A DNA stretch of 64,000 nt, from NCBI GenBank assembly GCA_002773725.1, contig PFAH01000007.1, positions 19,485 through 83,484 of the forward strand, written 5' to 3'. This DNA is from Candidatus Colwellbacteria bacterium CG10_big_fil_rev_8_21_14_0_10_42_22. Its GTDB lineage: Bacteria > Patescibacteriota > Minisyncoccia > UBA6257 > Colwellbacteraceae. The translations under genes were made by a program, and so were the position numbers. Under the pieces are notes generated by a model that worked only from the letters and a program-made list of their open reading frames with translations, was not told the DNA's origin and ran no database searches. Shown one piece after another: positions 21,004 through 30,795 of this stretch; position 1 is the first letter of the stretch, and every line of letters begins with the position of its first letter.

Positions 21004-21098
21004 ATGTGTTTCTTATATCTTGGAACGACCTTTGGTCCTTAAGAGCTCCTATAAGAAGTTCTTAAGCTAGCGAAAGTATATTCAAAGAAAGTGCGCTG

Positions 21099-21575
21099 TC
21101 AAGACGTTCCAAAACTCTTCTGAAAAAGACCCGCAAGCGCTATTGCCACCGCATCTGACACGTCGTCCGGGCCCGATATAGAATCCACCCCCAACGTCAC
21201 GCAGGCAACCTTTTGAACTTGGTCTTTTGTAGCCCCACCATCTCCAACCACAATTGATTTAATCTCATTCGGCGTCAGCTCCATCGCCTCTATGCCCATA
21301 CGCCCAACGGTCAGCATAATAACTCCGCGCGCCTCCGAGACGGAAAGGGCGGTCTTCTTGTTTTTTGTAAAAAACAGCTTTTCAACACAGACCAAATCGG
21401 GACGAGTCCTTTTAATAACCGCCCCTAACTCTTTTTCTAAGTGGATAAGTCGCTCTCCAGACGACATGCCCTGCCCACTGATTAATCCATAATCTAAAAG
21501 ATTAAGAGATTTATTTTTTTCAACCAGGCCGTAGCCAATACGGGTTGTCCCTGGATCTATACCCAAAACCTTCAT
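21099..21575 (-). CDS. ruvC: Holliday junction resolvase RuvC
   Basis: VLGIDPG, VEKLFF, EARGV, DDVSDAVAIA. Confidence 0.95.
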   Translation of the reverse strand: MKVLGIDPGTTRIGYGLVEKNKSLNLLDYGLISGQGMSSGERLIHLEKELGAVIKRTRPDLVCVEKLFFTKNKKTALSVSEARGVIMLTVGRMGIEAMELTPNEIKSIVVGDGGATKDQVQKVACVTLGVDSISGPDDVSDAVAIALAGLFQKSFGTS

Positions 21576-22099
21576 TCCGGGAGAGAAGAATATGCGCCGA
21601 CTACATCTTCTCTTTCTTCAACCTCTTCAAGAAATGCCCCAACAATGGCTCGCGCTTCACTCGAAACGCGGTTTTTAAACTTAACGATGTAGCCCTCGGC
21701 GCTTTTTTCAAAAGCCCACATCAAACTACCCGGCTCCGCCATTTTTAAACCATGCTTTTTCAAGACAGCCCTAATTTCTGCAATGCTACGATTACGACTG
21801 TCGGTCATCACCTCTATCAAAACACCAACTCCCTCTGGTCCATAAACCTCTATAACCAAGTTCTCTAAAGGGCCAATCTCGCTAGCCCTCTTAATGGCTC
21901 GTTCAATGTTGGCATGGGGCATATTTTGATGTTTTGCCTGATCGATAGCGTTTCTAAGAGAAGGATTAAACTTGGGGTCAATTCCCTCTTTGGCTGCAAT
22001 TGATATGTTTTGAGCCAGTTTGGAAAAAAGTTTGCTTTTGCCCTGATCGACCTTAGCCTTTTTATGTTTTATTTGCGTCCATTTATTGTGACCTGACAT
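21572..22099 (-). CDS. yebC: YebC/PmpR family protein (short form)
   Basis: MSGHNKWTQIKHKK, EVYGPEGV, TDSRNRS; upstream of ruvC. Confidence 0.9.
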   Translation of the reverse strand: MSGHNKWTQIKHKKAKVDQGKSKLFSKLAQNISIAAKEGIDPKFNPSLRNAIDQAKHQNMPHANIERAIKRASEIGPLENLVIEVYGPEGVGVLIEVMTDSRNRSIAEIRAVLKKHGLKMAEPGSLMWAFEKSAEGYIVKFKNRVSSEARAIVGAFLEEVEEREDVVGAYSSLPE

Positions 22100-22169
22100 A
22101 AAATTAAGAGTATTACTGCTGCACGTCTTTTGCAATTTACCCCTCCCAAAATTATTATAGAGATAGAAA

Positions 22170-23849
22170 ATGAAATTTAGCCAAGATTCTATAGGGGGTA
22201 AGCTTAAAAGCATTCAAAGAGACGCCGAAGAGCGGGACGCAAAAAGACGAGCAAAAGAGGAGGGATATCCCTACATAGATCTTCGCGCCCAAGCCATAGA
22301 CAAAACCGCCCTAGAGCTTGTCTCCGAAGGCATGGCCAAGAGTGCAAAAGCCGTAACGTTCGATAGGACCAAGAAGAGAATGGCCGTCGCCACTTTTACC
22401 TCCAAGAGTAACGAATTTGGCAAGCTGTCTTTAATATTAGAAGAAACGAAGTTGAAGCCCGTCATTTATATAGCGTCTCTTAGTAGCATCGAAGAAGCGT
22501 GGGGAAATTATGCCTCTGTCAGGGCAGAAGAAAGAGTGGAGATTGTTTCCGAAATTCGACTAGAAGAGGGCGTTTTAGAATCAAAAACGAATATTAAATC
22601 AACCGCCCAAGCGGTTGAAGACATGGCCCAAATCGATTCGGACACACAGACAACGGACGCCTTAGTTAAGGTTCTAGCCGACGCAGTTGTTTTGGGCGCA
22701 TCAGATATTCACCTAGAGGCCGAAAACAAAGAGGCCGTTTTGAGATACAGAATAGACGGAACTCTATATGAAATTGGCAGAATACCCAAAGATATACAGA
22801 GCCGACTAATTGGCAGAATAAAACTTCTGGCAAATCTTAGGTTAAATATTAAAGACGAGGCTCAGGATGGCAGATTTACTATCAGGAGAAAGGGTGGAGA
22901 TATCGAAGCAAGGGTTTCTATCATACCAGCCGAATACGGCGAATCCGCTGTCTTGAGGGTTCTCGATCCAGAAAATATAAGATTGGGCCTCAAAGACCTT
23001 GGATTAAGAGAGAGCGACGAAAAAAACTTAATGATATCTATTAAGAAGCCCAACGGCATGATTTTGGTAACAGGCCCTACTGGCTCTGGGAAAACCACTA
23101 CCCTTTACACCCTTTTAAAAATTAAGAGCTCCCCCCAATCGAAAACCATTACTATCGAAGATCCGGTCGAATACCATCTAGAAGGAATAGAACAGACCCA
23201 GGCCAATCCCAAAGAGGGATATACCTTTGCGGCGGGCCTGCGTTCTATATTGCGTCAAGATCCAGACAACATCTTAGTGGGGGAAATACGCGACAAAGAA
23301 ACAGCTAATACAGCCATAGATGCGGCTCTAACAGGGCACTTGGTTTTCTCGACCCTTCATACAAACAACGCTGCCGGAGCAATCCCCCGCTTAGTGGACT
23401 TAGGGGTTAAGACAGACAGCATAGCTCCCGCCACTAATTTAATTATTGCCCAAAGATTGGTCAGAAAACTTTGTGAAAAATGTAAAAAACCTGCCCCTAT
23501 GGATGAAGAGACAATCCTCAAGTTGCAAAAACTTTTAGAAGGATTGCCCGAAGGGAGCGTGGATAAAAAAATAAAGCCCAGATTATATTTAAAGAATAAT
23601 TGTGAGGCCTGCGAGGATGGATATAGGGGTAGAACAGGAATTTTTGAGCTTCTTTTATTAGACGAGACCTTCGAAGAAATCATCAGTCAAAAATCCGGCG
23701 AGGCGAAGATTCAAAATTACGCTCGCCAAAAAGGCATGGTGTATATACAAGAGGACGGCATTATCAAAGCCATGCAGGGCATCACCACCCTAGAAGAAGT
23801 AGAGAAAGCAACCGGCCCTATTAAATGGCCTCCACTCTCTGTAGAATAA
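22170..23849 (+). CDS. pilB: PilB/GspE type IV pilus assembly ATPase
   Basis: ASDIHLE, GPTGSGKTTTLY, TIEDPVEY, LRQDPD, TGHLVFSTLHTN, CxxC zinc motifs. Confidence 0.9.
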   Translation: MKFSQDSIGGKLKSIQRDAEERDAKRRAKEEGYPYIDLRAQAIDKTALELVSEGMAKSAKAVTFDRTKKRMAVATFTSKSNEFGKLSLILEETKLKPVIYIASLSSIEEAWGNYASVRAEERVEIVSEIRLEEGVLESKTNIKSTAQAVEDMAQIDSDTQTTDALVKVLADAVVLGASDIHLEAENKEAVLRYRIDGTLYEIGRIPKDIQSRLIGRIKLLANLRLNIKDEAQDGRFTIRRKGGDIEARVSIIPAEYGESAVLRVLDPENIRLGLKDLGLRESDEKNLMISIKKPNGMILVTGPTGSGKTTTLYTLLKIKSSPQSKTITIEDPVEYHLEGIEQTQANPKEGYTFAAGLRSILRQDPDNILVGEIRDKETANTAIDAALTGHLVFSTLHTNNAAGAIPRLVDLGVKTDSIAPATNLIIAQRLVRKLCEKCKKPAPMDEETILKLQKLLEGLPEGSVDKKIKPRLYLKNNCEACEDGYRGRTGIFELLLLDETFEEIISQKSGEAKIQNYARQKGMVYIQEDGIIKAMQGITTLEEVEKATGPIKWPPLSVE

Positions 23850-23855
23850 AAAGGA

Positions 23856-23984
23856 GGACTAAAGGTCTGCGGGCAAAATGGGCTCCCAAAAAGGGAATTA
23901 TAGGGTCTGTTCAGGGGATCGCTCCCGCCTAAGCCGAAACGTCCATATTCCAAAATAGACTCGGTGCCCGCAGGCCTCTAGTCC
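23856..23984. ncRNA. Candidate structured ncRNA
   Basis: 20-bp terminal inverted repeat (18/20 match) enclosing internal hairpins; see findings. Confidence 0.4.
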
Positions 23985-24015
23985 CACGCCACGAAACTAA
24001 CATATTTTCATAGGT

Positions 24016-25032
24016 TTGTCAACAGAAGAGTTAAAAAAGAATATCGAAGAGCCAAACAACGACGATCAGGCAATCGACGTTGTTCTGCGCCCTCAAAAAT
24101 GGGATGAGTACGTTGGTCAAGAGCAGGTTAAGAAAAACGCTAGAGTCATTATTGATGCAGCTAGGATTCGCAAAGAACCGGTTGACCACATTCTTCTTTA
24201 TGGCCAGGCGGGTCTTGGGAAGACCACTCTTGCAAGATTAATTGCTAGAGAAATGGGGGCGACCGTTAAAACCACGTCTGGACCAGCCATTGAGAAAGTG
24301 GGAGACCTAGCAGCCATTTTAAGCAATCTAGAAGAGGGGGAGGTTCTTTTTATAGACGAAGCTCATCGATTAAATAAGTTGATAGAGGAAATTCTTTATC
24401 CGGCCATGGAGAGCAGAAAGTTAAATATAGTTATAGGTAAGGGAACTGGCGCCAGGACTATTTCTTTAGATCTCCCCCCTTTTAGCTTGTTGGCGGCGAC
24501 TACTAGGGTCAATCTTTTATCCGCTCCCCTACGTTCACGCTTTGGAGCAACTTTTAGATTGGAATATTACACTCAAGAAGATATAGAAAAAATTGTCAAA
24601 AGATCTGCCAAGATACTTGGCATTGATATAGACGCCGATGCCGCATCTGTTTTAGCTAAGGCATCACGCAACACCCCCAGGGTCGCCAACCGCCTCTTAA
24701 GAAGAACAAGGGACTACATAGCCGTAAAAAAACACAAGCGAGTTACGGAGGGGGTCGCCAAAGAGACGCTAGCGTTTTTAGACGTGGATGAGCTTGGCCT
24801 AGAGACACACGATCGAAACTTCTTGAAAACAATTATAGAAAAGTTTGGAGGCGGTCCAGTAGGAGTTAAGACAATAGCGGCGGCCATTGGAGAGGAGGCG
24901 GCTACTATCGAAGAGGTTTATGAGCCGTATCTTATGAAATTAGGATTTATTAAGAGGACGCCAGCCGGCAGAGTGGTTGAGCTCGCTGCTTTTGAGCATC
25001 TCGGGCTCAAACCACCAAGAAAGTTGATTTAA
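24016..25032 (+). CDS. ruvB: Holliday junction helicase RuvB
   Basis: LRPQKWDEYVGQ, GLGKTTLA, FIDEAHRL, EEILYPAME, PLRSRFG, EEVYEPYL. Confidence 0.96.
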   Translation: MSTEELKKNIEEPNNDDQAIDVVLRPQKWDEYVGQEQVKKNARVIIDAARIRKEPVDHILLYGQAGLGKTTLARLIAREMGATVKTTSGPAIEKVGDLAAILSNLEEGEVLFIDEAHRLNKLIEEILYPAMESRKLNIVIGKGTGARTISLDLPPFSLLAATTRVNLLSAPLRSRFGATFRLEYYTQEDIEKIVKRSAKILGIDIDADAASVLAKASRNTPRVANRLLRRTRDYIAVKKHKRVTEGVAKETLAFLDVDELGLETHDRNFLKTIIEKFGGGPVGVKTIAAAIGEEAATIEEVYEPYLMKLGFIKRTPAGRVVELAAFEHLGLKPPRKLI

Positions 25033-25535
25033 TGGTTTACATAGAAAGCGTTCTACCAAACCCGATTGGCAAAGATAGTGGTCAAGAATGGATTAGGTTG
25101 TTAAACGAAGGCGGGTCTTTAGAGAATCTTCTCGGCTGGAGAATAGAAGATGGATCAAAAAAGGTGTTTGATTTATCTGCGGTCGGAGAAATTGAACCCG
25201 GAGAAATAGTCGAGCTTGGACACGCCTTTACGGAGATAAGCCTCAACAACGACGGAGACACGCTTTTTCTATATGACAAACAAGGGTCGTTAATAGATAC
25301 GTTAGAATACGGACCCGTAGAAGAGGGAGAAATTCTTTTAAACAAGACATTAACAGAGACACGAGAGCCCCAGAACACAAATGCCCTTGCTAACATTGCA
25401 GAGACAGGAGTTTTGAACAAAAACATTTTAAACAAAGACGTATTGGGACCAATCGAATTAGGGCTACTAGTGGCAGCAATGGCCTCTACCCTTTTTGTTT
25501 ATTTATCTATAAATATTTTTAGGAAAAATGAATAA
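25032..25535 (+). CDS. Lamin-tail-domain protein with C-terminal TM anchor
   Basis: VYIESVLPNPIGKDSGQEWIRL, LNNDGDTLFL. Confidence 0.7.
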   Translation: MVYIESVLPNPIGKDSGQEWIRLLNEGGSLENLLGWRIEDGSKKVFDLSAVGEIEPGEIVELGHAFTEISLNNDGDTLFLYDKQGSLIDTLEYGPVEEGEILLNKTLTETREPQNTNALANIAETGVLNKNILNKDVLGPIELGLLVAAMASTLFVYLSINIFRKNE

Positions 25536-25977
25536 AGATTATCTTACAAAGAACACAAAAGAAACGACTCAACTGGCCAAAGAATTAGCGGAAGAAATTC
25601 TAAAAAGAAAAAGCAAAAGTAGTGTTGTATTGGCGCTTGTTGGAGATTTAGGTTCGGGGAAAACCACTTTTACACAAAGCTTCATAAAAGCACTAGGAAT
25701 CAAAAAACGCATTTTGAGTCCAACCTTTGTTATACAAAAAAGGTTTAAGCTTCCACCCAGCACTAGTTTTGCAAACGTTTACCATATTGACGCCTATCGT
25801 ATTAAGCCAGTCGATTTGATAGGCCTCGGCTGGATAGGCGCCATATCGAACAATAATATATTAGTGGTCGAATGGGCAGATAAAATAAAACAAGTTTTAC
25901 CAAAGGACGCTATTTGGATAAGGTTTAAGCATGGAAAAGGAGAAACAGAAAGAAGAATTACTCTTAATAGACGCTAA
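25528..25977 (+). CDS. tsaE: t6A biosynthesis ATPase TsaE
   Basis: LVGDLGSGKTTF, SPTFVI, HIDAYR, VVEWA. Confidence 0.93.
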   Translation: MNKDYLTKNTKETTQLAKELAEEILKRKSKSSVVLALVGDLGSGKTTFTQSFIKALGIKKRILSPTFVIQKRFKLPPSTSFANVYHIDAYRIKPVDLIGLGWIGAISNNNILVVEWADKIKQVLPKDAIWIRFKHGKGETERRITLNRR

Positions 25978-26860
25978 CTCTATTATTTACAGGGCCTATC
26001 ACGCCCTTCCCCCGCTTACCGGTCCGAGCGGAAGACCAACGGGCGCCCTTTATGGTTTGGCTAGTATTTTAATAAAGCTTCTTAAGGACGGGGCCCCACT
26101 ATATGCCGCCGCTGCTTTTGATAGGCCCGAACCGACTTTTCGTAAAGAAAAATATGACGACTATAAAGCCACCCGTCCCCCAACCCCAGACGACTTAATT
26201 CCTCAATTACACGAAGCCAAAAACATGCTTCAAAAATTTGGCATCCAAACACTGGAAGCGCCTGGTTTTGAGGCGGACGACATTTTAGCGACCCTGGCAG
26301 ATAAATTCCATTCCGAAGTAGATAAAACGATTATTTTATCGGGAGACCTAGACACCCTCCAGCTTGTTAGGGGAGACAGGGTGGTGGCCGAAGTGCCCAA
26401 AAGGGGCATTAGTGAAACTAAGATATATAATACCCAAGAAGTTTTCGAAAAATACGGCATTAAACCCGAACAAATGGCCGACTACAAAGGCCTAGTTGGA
26501 GATAAATCAGACAACATTCCAGGCGTCCCAGGAATTGGTCCTAAAACAGCATCTAATCTGCTTCAAAAATACAAAGACATAGAGACCATATACAAAAAAC
26601 TAGAAGACATTCACGCCGATTCATCTACTCTTGTTGATAAACTAGAACAAAATAAAGAACAGGCCTTTCTTTCTAAAGAACTCGCCGTTATTTCTAAAGA
26701 GGCGCCAACTCCTAATAAAATAGACGAATTAAAAACAAACACTTTTTTAGAAGACAGAAAGCTTCATGAATATCTGGAGGGCTTAGGATTTAAAACGATT
26801 CTAAAAAGAATTATCCCAGACAAGGAAAGAGAGAGCAGTAAAATAGGAAAACTCTTCTAA
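25931..26860 (+). CDS. Stand-alone 5'-3' exonuclease (Pol I N-terminal/FEN domain)
   Basis: LIDANSIIYRAYHA, FEADD, SGDLD, GDKSDNIPGVPGIGPKTA. Ends before any polymerase domain. Confidence 0.9.
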   Translation: MEKEKQKEELLLIDANSIIYRAYHALPPLTGPSGRPTGALYGLASILIKLLKDGAPLYAAAAFDRPEPTFRKEKYDDYKATRPPTPDDLIPQLHEAKNMLQKFGIQTLEAPGFEADDILATLADKFHSEVDKTIILSGDLDTLQLVRGDRVVAEVPKRGISETKIYNTQEVFEKYGIKPEQMADYKGLVGDKSDNIPGVPGIGPKTASNLLQKYKDIETIYKKLEDIHADSSTLVDKLEQNKEQAFLSKELAVISKEAPTPNKIDELKTNTFLEDRKLHEYLEGLGFKTILKRIIPDKERESSKIGKLF

Positions 26861-26883
26861 ACTCCATATAATTAGGTTATAGA

Positions 26884-28215
26884 ATGCTCCCTCCAAAAGA
26901 TCTTAAAAGTATTATTTATAAAGCTAAACTTCCAGAGATGGTGGTTGCCTGGATGTTTTGGTGCGTTGCTTTGTCGGTGGCATTGATTGCTCTCTTTACC
27001 GACGGAGTTGTGGAGACGTCTGGCATATCTCTTATAATGTTTGTCTTTGGGCTCTTCTTTTCTTACAAGTCATATAAGCTGGCAACTAAAAATTTAGACA
27101 AAAATATATCCTACGGTCGACTAGAGAGCATCGTTACCAATCTAGAAGACGCCGTTATTGCATACGACAACAACTTTAAAATACTTCTTTTTAATAGTTC
27201 AGCCGAGAGAATATTTAAACTAACCAAACCACAGGTTGTGGGGCAGATTATCGGCCCAGAGAGGGCTAGTGAGCCCACCCTTCGGCTTTTAACACAAACT
27301 CTATTTCCTTCTTTGGCGCCAGCGGTTGTAACTCAATCGGAGCCGGATCAATTTCCACAAATTGTAGATATAACTTTTACCAATCCTCAAAAAGAAATAC
27401 GCGTTTCAACGGATAGGATTATAGATAAAGACGGGGTTCTTTTGGGGTTTGTTAAAGTCGTCAAGGATAGAACTAGGGAGATTCAGCTTATAAAATCTAA
27501 GTCGGATTTTATATCGGTGGCCGCTCATCAACTTAGAACGCCACTCACCGCCATAAATTGGACACTCGAAGGACTTTCCAGAAACGAGAAATTAAACGAA
27601 GCCGATAGAACACTAGCCCAAAATGGCTTTACGGCCGCCACCAACCTATTAAAGACAGTTAACGACCTTTTAAACACTACTGAGATTGAAGAAGGCAGAT
27701 TTGGCTATGAGCACAAAACAATGGACTTTATAAAATTCATAGAGGAGATCTTAGCTAACGCGCAAGTAGTTGCTAAAAAATATGGACTTAAACTTTACTT
27801 CGACAAAGGAGGATACGAAAAGCTCGAGGTTAATATTGATGCGAGCAAGCTAGGCATAGCCCTATCCAATCTCTTAGATAACGGCATGAAATACAATTCG
27901 AAAGAAGGGTCGGTCACCGTAGCCCTGAGGCCGGTTAAAGACAAGCCATATGTTCAAGTTAGCGTTAAAGATACGGGCGTAGGCATTTCGCCTTCCGAGA
28001 TAGAAAACATTTTTGGAAAATTCTTTAGAGCTAGCAATGCAAGAAAGATTAAGGCCGATGGTTCTGGATTAGGACTCTACATCACCAAAAACATTATTGA
28101 ACAACACGGAGGGAGTATTTGGGTGGAGTCCACCCTTGGTAGAGGCACTACCTTTTATTTCACTCTCCCTACGGACCCCAACTTGATACCCAAAGCCGAA
28201 ATGCGCTTCATTTAG
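26884..28215 (+). CDS. PAS-domain sensor histidine kinase
   Basis: Two TM helices, PAS domain, H-box AAHQLRTPL, N-box NLLDNGMKY, G boxes DTGVGI and GSGLGL. Confidence 0.92.
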   Translation: MLPPKDLKSIIYKAKLPEMVVAWMFWCVALSVALIALFTDGVVETSGISLIMFVFGLFFSYKSYKLATKNLDKNISYGRLESIVTNLEDAVIAYDNNFKILLFNSSAERIFKLTKPQVVGQIIGPERASEPTLRLLTQTLFPSLAPAVVTQSEPDQFPQIVDITFTNPQKEIRVSTDRIIDKDGVLLGFVKVVKDRTREIQLIKSKSDFISVAAHQLRTPLTAINWTLEGLSRNEKLNEADRTLAQNGFTAATNLLKTVNDLLNTTEIEEGRFGYEHKTMDFIKFIEEILANAQVVAKKYGLKLYFDKGGYEKLEVNIDASKLGIALSNLLDNGMKYNSKEGSVTVALRPVKDKPYVQVSVKDTGVGISPSEIENIFGKFFRASNARKIKADGSGLGLYITKNIIEQHGGSIWVESTLGRGTTFYFTLPTDPNLIPKAEMRFI

Positions 28216-28220
28216 AAGCC

Positions 28221-29105
28221 ATGCCCGAGTTGCCCGAAGTTCAAACTATAGTCAACGATCTTAATCGCAAGATTATTGACGAAACCGTTGTTGATTTTTG
28301 GACGGACTGGCCAAAGCTTTTAAAGAACACCAACCTTACTCGTTTTAAAAAAGAAATAAGGGGTTTAAAAATAGAAAAAATTGTTAGGCGGGGTAAAAAC
28401 ATCCTTTTTTATTTCTCGGGAAACACAATTTTATCTTTACACCAAAAGATGACGGGGCATTTAATGGTTGGAAAATGGAAGGTGACCAAAAAGAGAACAG
28501 GGTGGAGCGTAAAGAATCTAATCCCCGGCCATCAAGACGACAGGGTCAACCAATATATCCACGCTATTTTTTATTTAAAAAGTGGAAAGATGATAGCCCT
28601 TTCTGATATGCGTAAATTTGCCAGAATAGATTTTGGCAAAGAAAAAGACGTTTTATCTCTTTCGGGAATTAGGGCGTTGGGCACAGATGCCCTAGATCCT
28701 GAACTTACACTCGATAATTTTAAAGCCGTCATTAAGCGTAGGAAAAAAAGTATTAAACAAGTTCTTATGGACCCCTCTGTGATAGCGGGTATCGGCAATA
28801 TATATGCAGACAATATTTTATGGAGCTCAAAAGTGCACCCTGCTCGCTCTGCGAAGACCTTAAAAGACAGCGAGCTTAAAAAAATTCTTGCGAATACCAA
28901 AAAGATATTGAAAAAAGCAGTTAGGTTGCGCGGAACATCCGTTGGCGACTATAGAGATACAGCTGGCAAGTCCGGCAGGTACGGCGGAGAAGTTTTAGTA
29001 TACAGAAGAACCGGCGAACCCTGTCGTAGGTGCGGTATTCCCATTAAGAAAATCGTTTTAGGACAAAGAAGCGCTCATTTTTGTCCCAAGTGCCAAAAGA
29101 GATAG
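28221..29105 (+). CDS. mutM: Formamidopyrimidine-DNA glycosylase
   Basis: MPELPEV, RRGK, GIGNIYA, C-terminal zinc finger FCPKCQ. Confidence 0.96.
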   Translation: MPELPEVQTIVNDLNRKIIDETVVDFWTDWPKLLKNTNLTRFKKEIRGLKIEKIVRRGKNILFYFSGNTILSLHQKMTGHLMVGKWKVTKKRTGWSVKNLIPGHQDDRVNQYIHAIFYLKSGKMIALSDMRKFARIDFGKEKDVLSLSGIRALGTDALDPELTLDNFKAVIKRRKKSIKQVLMDPSVIAGIGNIYADNILWSSKVHPARSAKTLKDSELKKILANTKKILKKAVRLRGTSVGDYRDTAGKSGRYGGEVLVYRRTGEPCRRCGIPIKKIVLGQRSAHFCPKCQKR

Positions 29106-29160
29106 GGCTGGGGACATCCTCTGAATAGAACAAGACATTCCAAACGTCTATAATTCAAGC

Positions 29161-29961
29161 ATGATAATTACCCTTTATGGGCCCGACTCTTATAGGCGAA
29201 TTAAAAAGCTCAACGAACTAGTTAACTTGTTTATTGAAAAAAGGGGCGCCATTTCTCACGAACGTTTTGATTTGGAAACGAACGAAGACCTCGGACCACC
29301 GGAGAGATTTTTAGGCACTCCCTCTATGTTTAGTTCCAAGAAGCTGGTGGTTCTAGATAATCCATTTGAGAACGTGGACACAAGAGGGCTTAAAAAAATC
29401 TTGAAGAAATACACAGAAGACAAAGACACCAACATTATTATCAATACCCGAAAAAAGTTTACAGCCACTTTTAAATTTTTGATCCAAAGCCCTAATAAAT
29501 TTGAGGAATATCAAGAGCTCGAAGGACTGGCGCTCGATAGGTTTATAGATAAAGAAGCGACTAACTTGGGGCTTAAAATAAACATTAATGATAAAAATCT
29601 TATTAAAGAATCTTTTGGTTCGAATTCTTGGCGCATATCAACAGAGCTAGAATGCCTGGCCCTTACTTCCAAGAAGGTTGTGGGCATAAAAGAAGAGAAG
29701 ATTAGCTATTTTAACGCTATAAACACAATTAAGGGGTGGAGTGGTCCGCCTCAGAAGGTGGTTGCTCTCGAGAACTTGATGAGCATTAACAGATTGGAAG
29801 CAGAGAGGATATTTAATGGACTCGCATTTCAATTGAGAAGCCAGGCAGAAGCAAATATGTACGCCGACTATAACGCAGCTGCCCGAGCGGGACGATTGGA
29901 CTACGACGAAGCACTCGTAGCTGTAGCTTTAGGGCTACAGTTTAATCCTCTGGAGTGGTAA
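29161..29961 (+). CDS. holA: DNA polymerase III delta subunit (HolA-like)
   Basis: IITLYGPDSYR, SMFSSKKLVVL, STELECL; adjacent to rpsT. Confidence 0.7.
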   Translation: MIITLYGPDSYRRIKKLNELVNLFIEKRGAISHERFDLETNEDLGPPERFLGTPSMFSSKKLVVLDNPFENVDTRGLKKILKKYTEDKDTNIIINTRKKFTATFKFLIQSPNKFEEYQELEGLALDRFIDKEATNLGLKININDKNLIKESFGSNSWRISTELECLALTSKKVVGIKEEKISYFNAINTIKGWSGPPQKVVALENLMSINRLEAERIFNGLAFQLRSQAEANMYADYNAAARAGRLDYDEALVAVALGLQFNPLEW

Positions 29962-30265
29962 GGGTTATCTCTGGGGTGATTTCTATCGGAGCTTGTGGAG
30001 CTTGATTGGAATTAGTTAACTTTTTAGTTAAGCGCGACTTCAGTCGGCTCGCCTTGTTCTTCTTAATGAGATTTGTCTTAGCTGCCTTGTCTAGAATTTT
30101 ATATACAGTCGGTAATTTTTTGAGAGCTCCCTCTTTATCTCCTTCCTCTATAGATTTTCTGTAATCCTTAAGCGTTTTTAAAAGCCCCCTTTTCTTTTGG
30201 AGATTAATGACTCTTTTTCTCTCGCTCTGTCTTAACGCCTTTTTGGCTGATTTTGTGTTTGGCAT
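29942..30265 (-). CDS. rpsT: 30S ribosomal protein S20
   Basis: MPNTKSAKKALRQ, LDKAAK, KNKASRLKSRL. Confidence 0.96.
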   Translation of the reverse strand: MPNTKSAKKALRQSERKRVINLQKKRGLLKTLKDYRKSIEEGDKEGALKKLPTVYKILDKAAKTNLIKKNKASRLKSRLTKKLTNSNQAPQAPIEITPEITLTTPED

Positions 30266-30311
30266 CGGTAGATAAGTATGGAGTTAGTTTGTCCAGGAGT
30301 CAACCTTTTGA

Positions 30312-30671
30312 CTATATATTCTTATAATGTCGAACCCTCGCCTCTTTACCCTCTGTCGTAATCGTTATTAGATCTATTCTCCAACTCCTATTTGATAAAT
30401 CTTTCTCGTTGTTTGCATATATTTCAGCCATCCGTCGCAATTTCTTAAGTTTTGAGGTCGTCATTTGGTCTTCGCCCGCGATTCTTGGCTCTGGTCCCGA
30501 AACCGTTTTCACTTCTACGAAAACAAGCGTTTTGTCGGGCGCTAAAGCAACGACGTCTAATTCTCCATATCTCTTTCTATAATTCCGTTCAATTATCCTA
30601 TGCCCCTCTTTTTCAAGATAATGGACAGCAATGTTCTCGCCTAATCTTCCCAACCCTATATGTTTAGACAT
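30312..30671 (-). CDS. yraN: YraN family (UPF0102) nuclease
   Basis: GRLGENIA, RNYRKRYGELDVVA, LVFVEVKT, RIDLI. Confidence 0.9.
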   Translation of the reverse strand: MSKHIGLGRLGENIAVHYLEKEGHRIIERNYRKRYGELDVVALAPDKTLVFVEVKTVSGPEPRIAGEDQMTTSKLKKLRRMAEIYANNEKDLSNRSWRIDLITITTEGKEARVRHYKNI

Positions 30672-30725
30672 AGTTTAGACATAGAAGATAATAAAGGGGT
30701 GTCACCTCTTCAATAATTATATCTT

Positions 30726-30764
30726 ATTTATAGTGGTGTTATACTGTATAACACCACTATAAAT
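30726..30764. repeat. 39-bp palindrome (19-bp perfect arms)
   Basis: ATTTATAGTGGTGTTATAC-T-GTATAACACCACTATAAAT. Confidence 0.9.
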
Positions 30765-30795
30765 GGGAGAGGATGTTTATCGTTTTACATAACAT

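Noticed and set aside
20851-21042. Plus-strand 63-aa F/V-rich ORF
   Set aside because: Antisense shadow of the acidic microprotein.
30662-30683. GTTTAGACATA tandem duplication as the island's target-site duplication
   Set aside because: The two copies are adjacent and I saw no copy at the other end of the island; probably local slippage.
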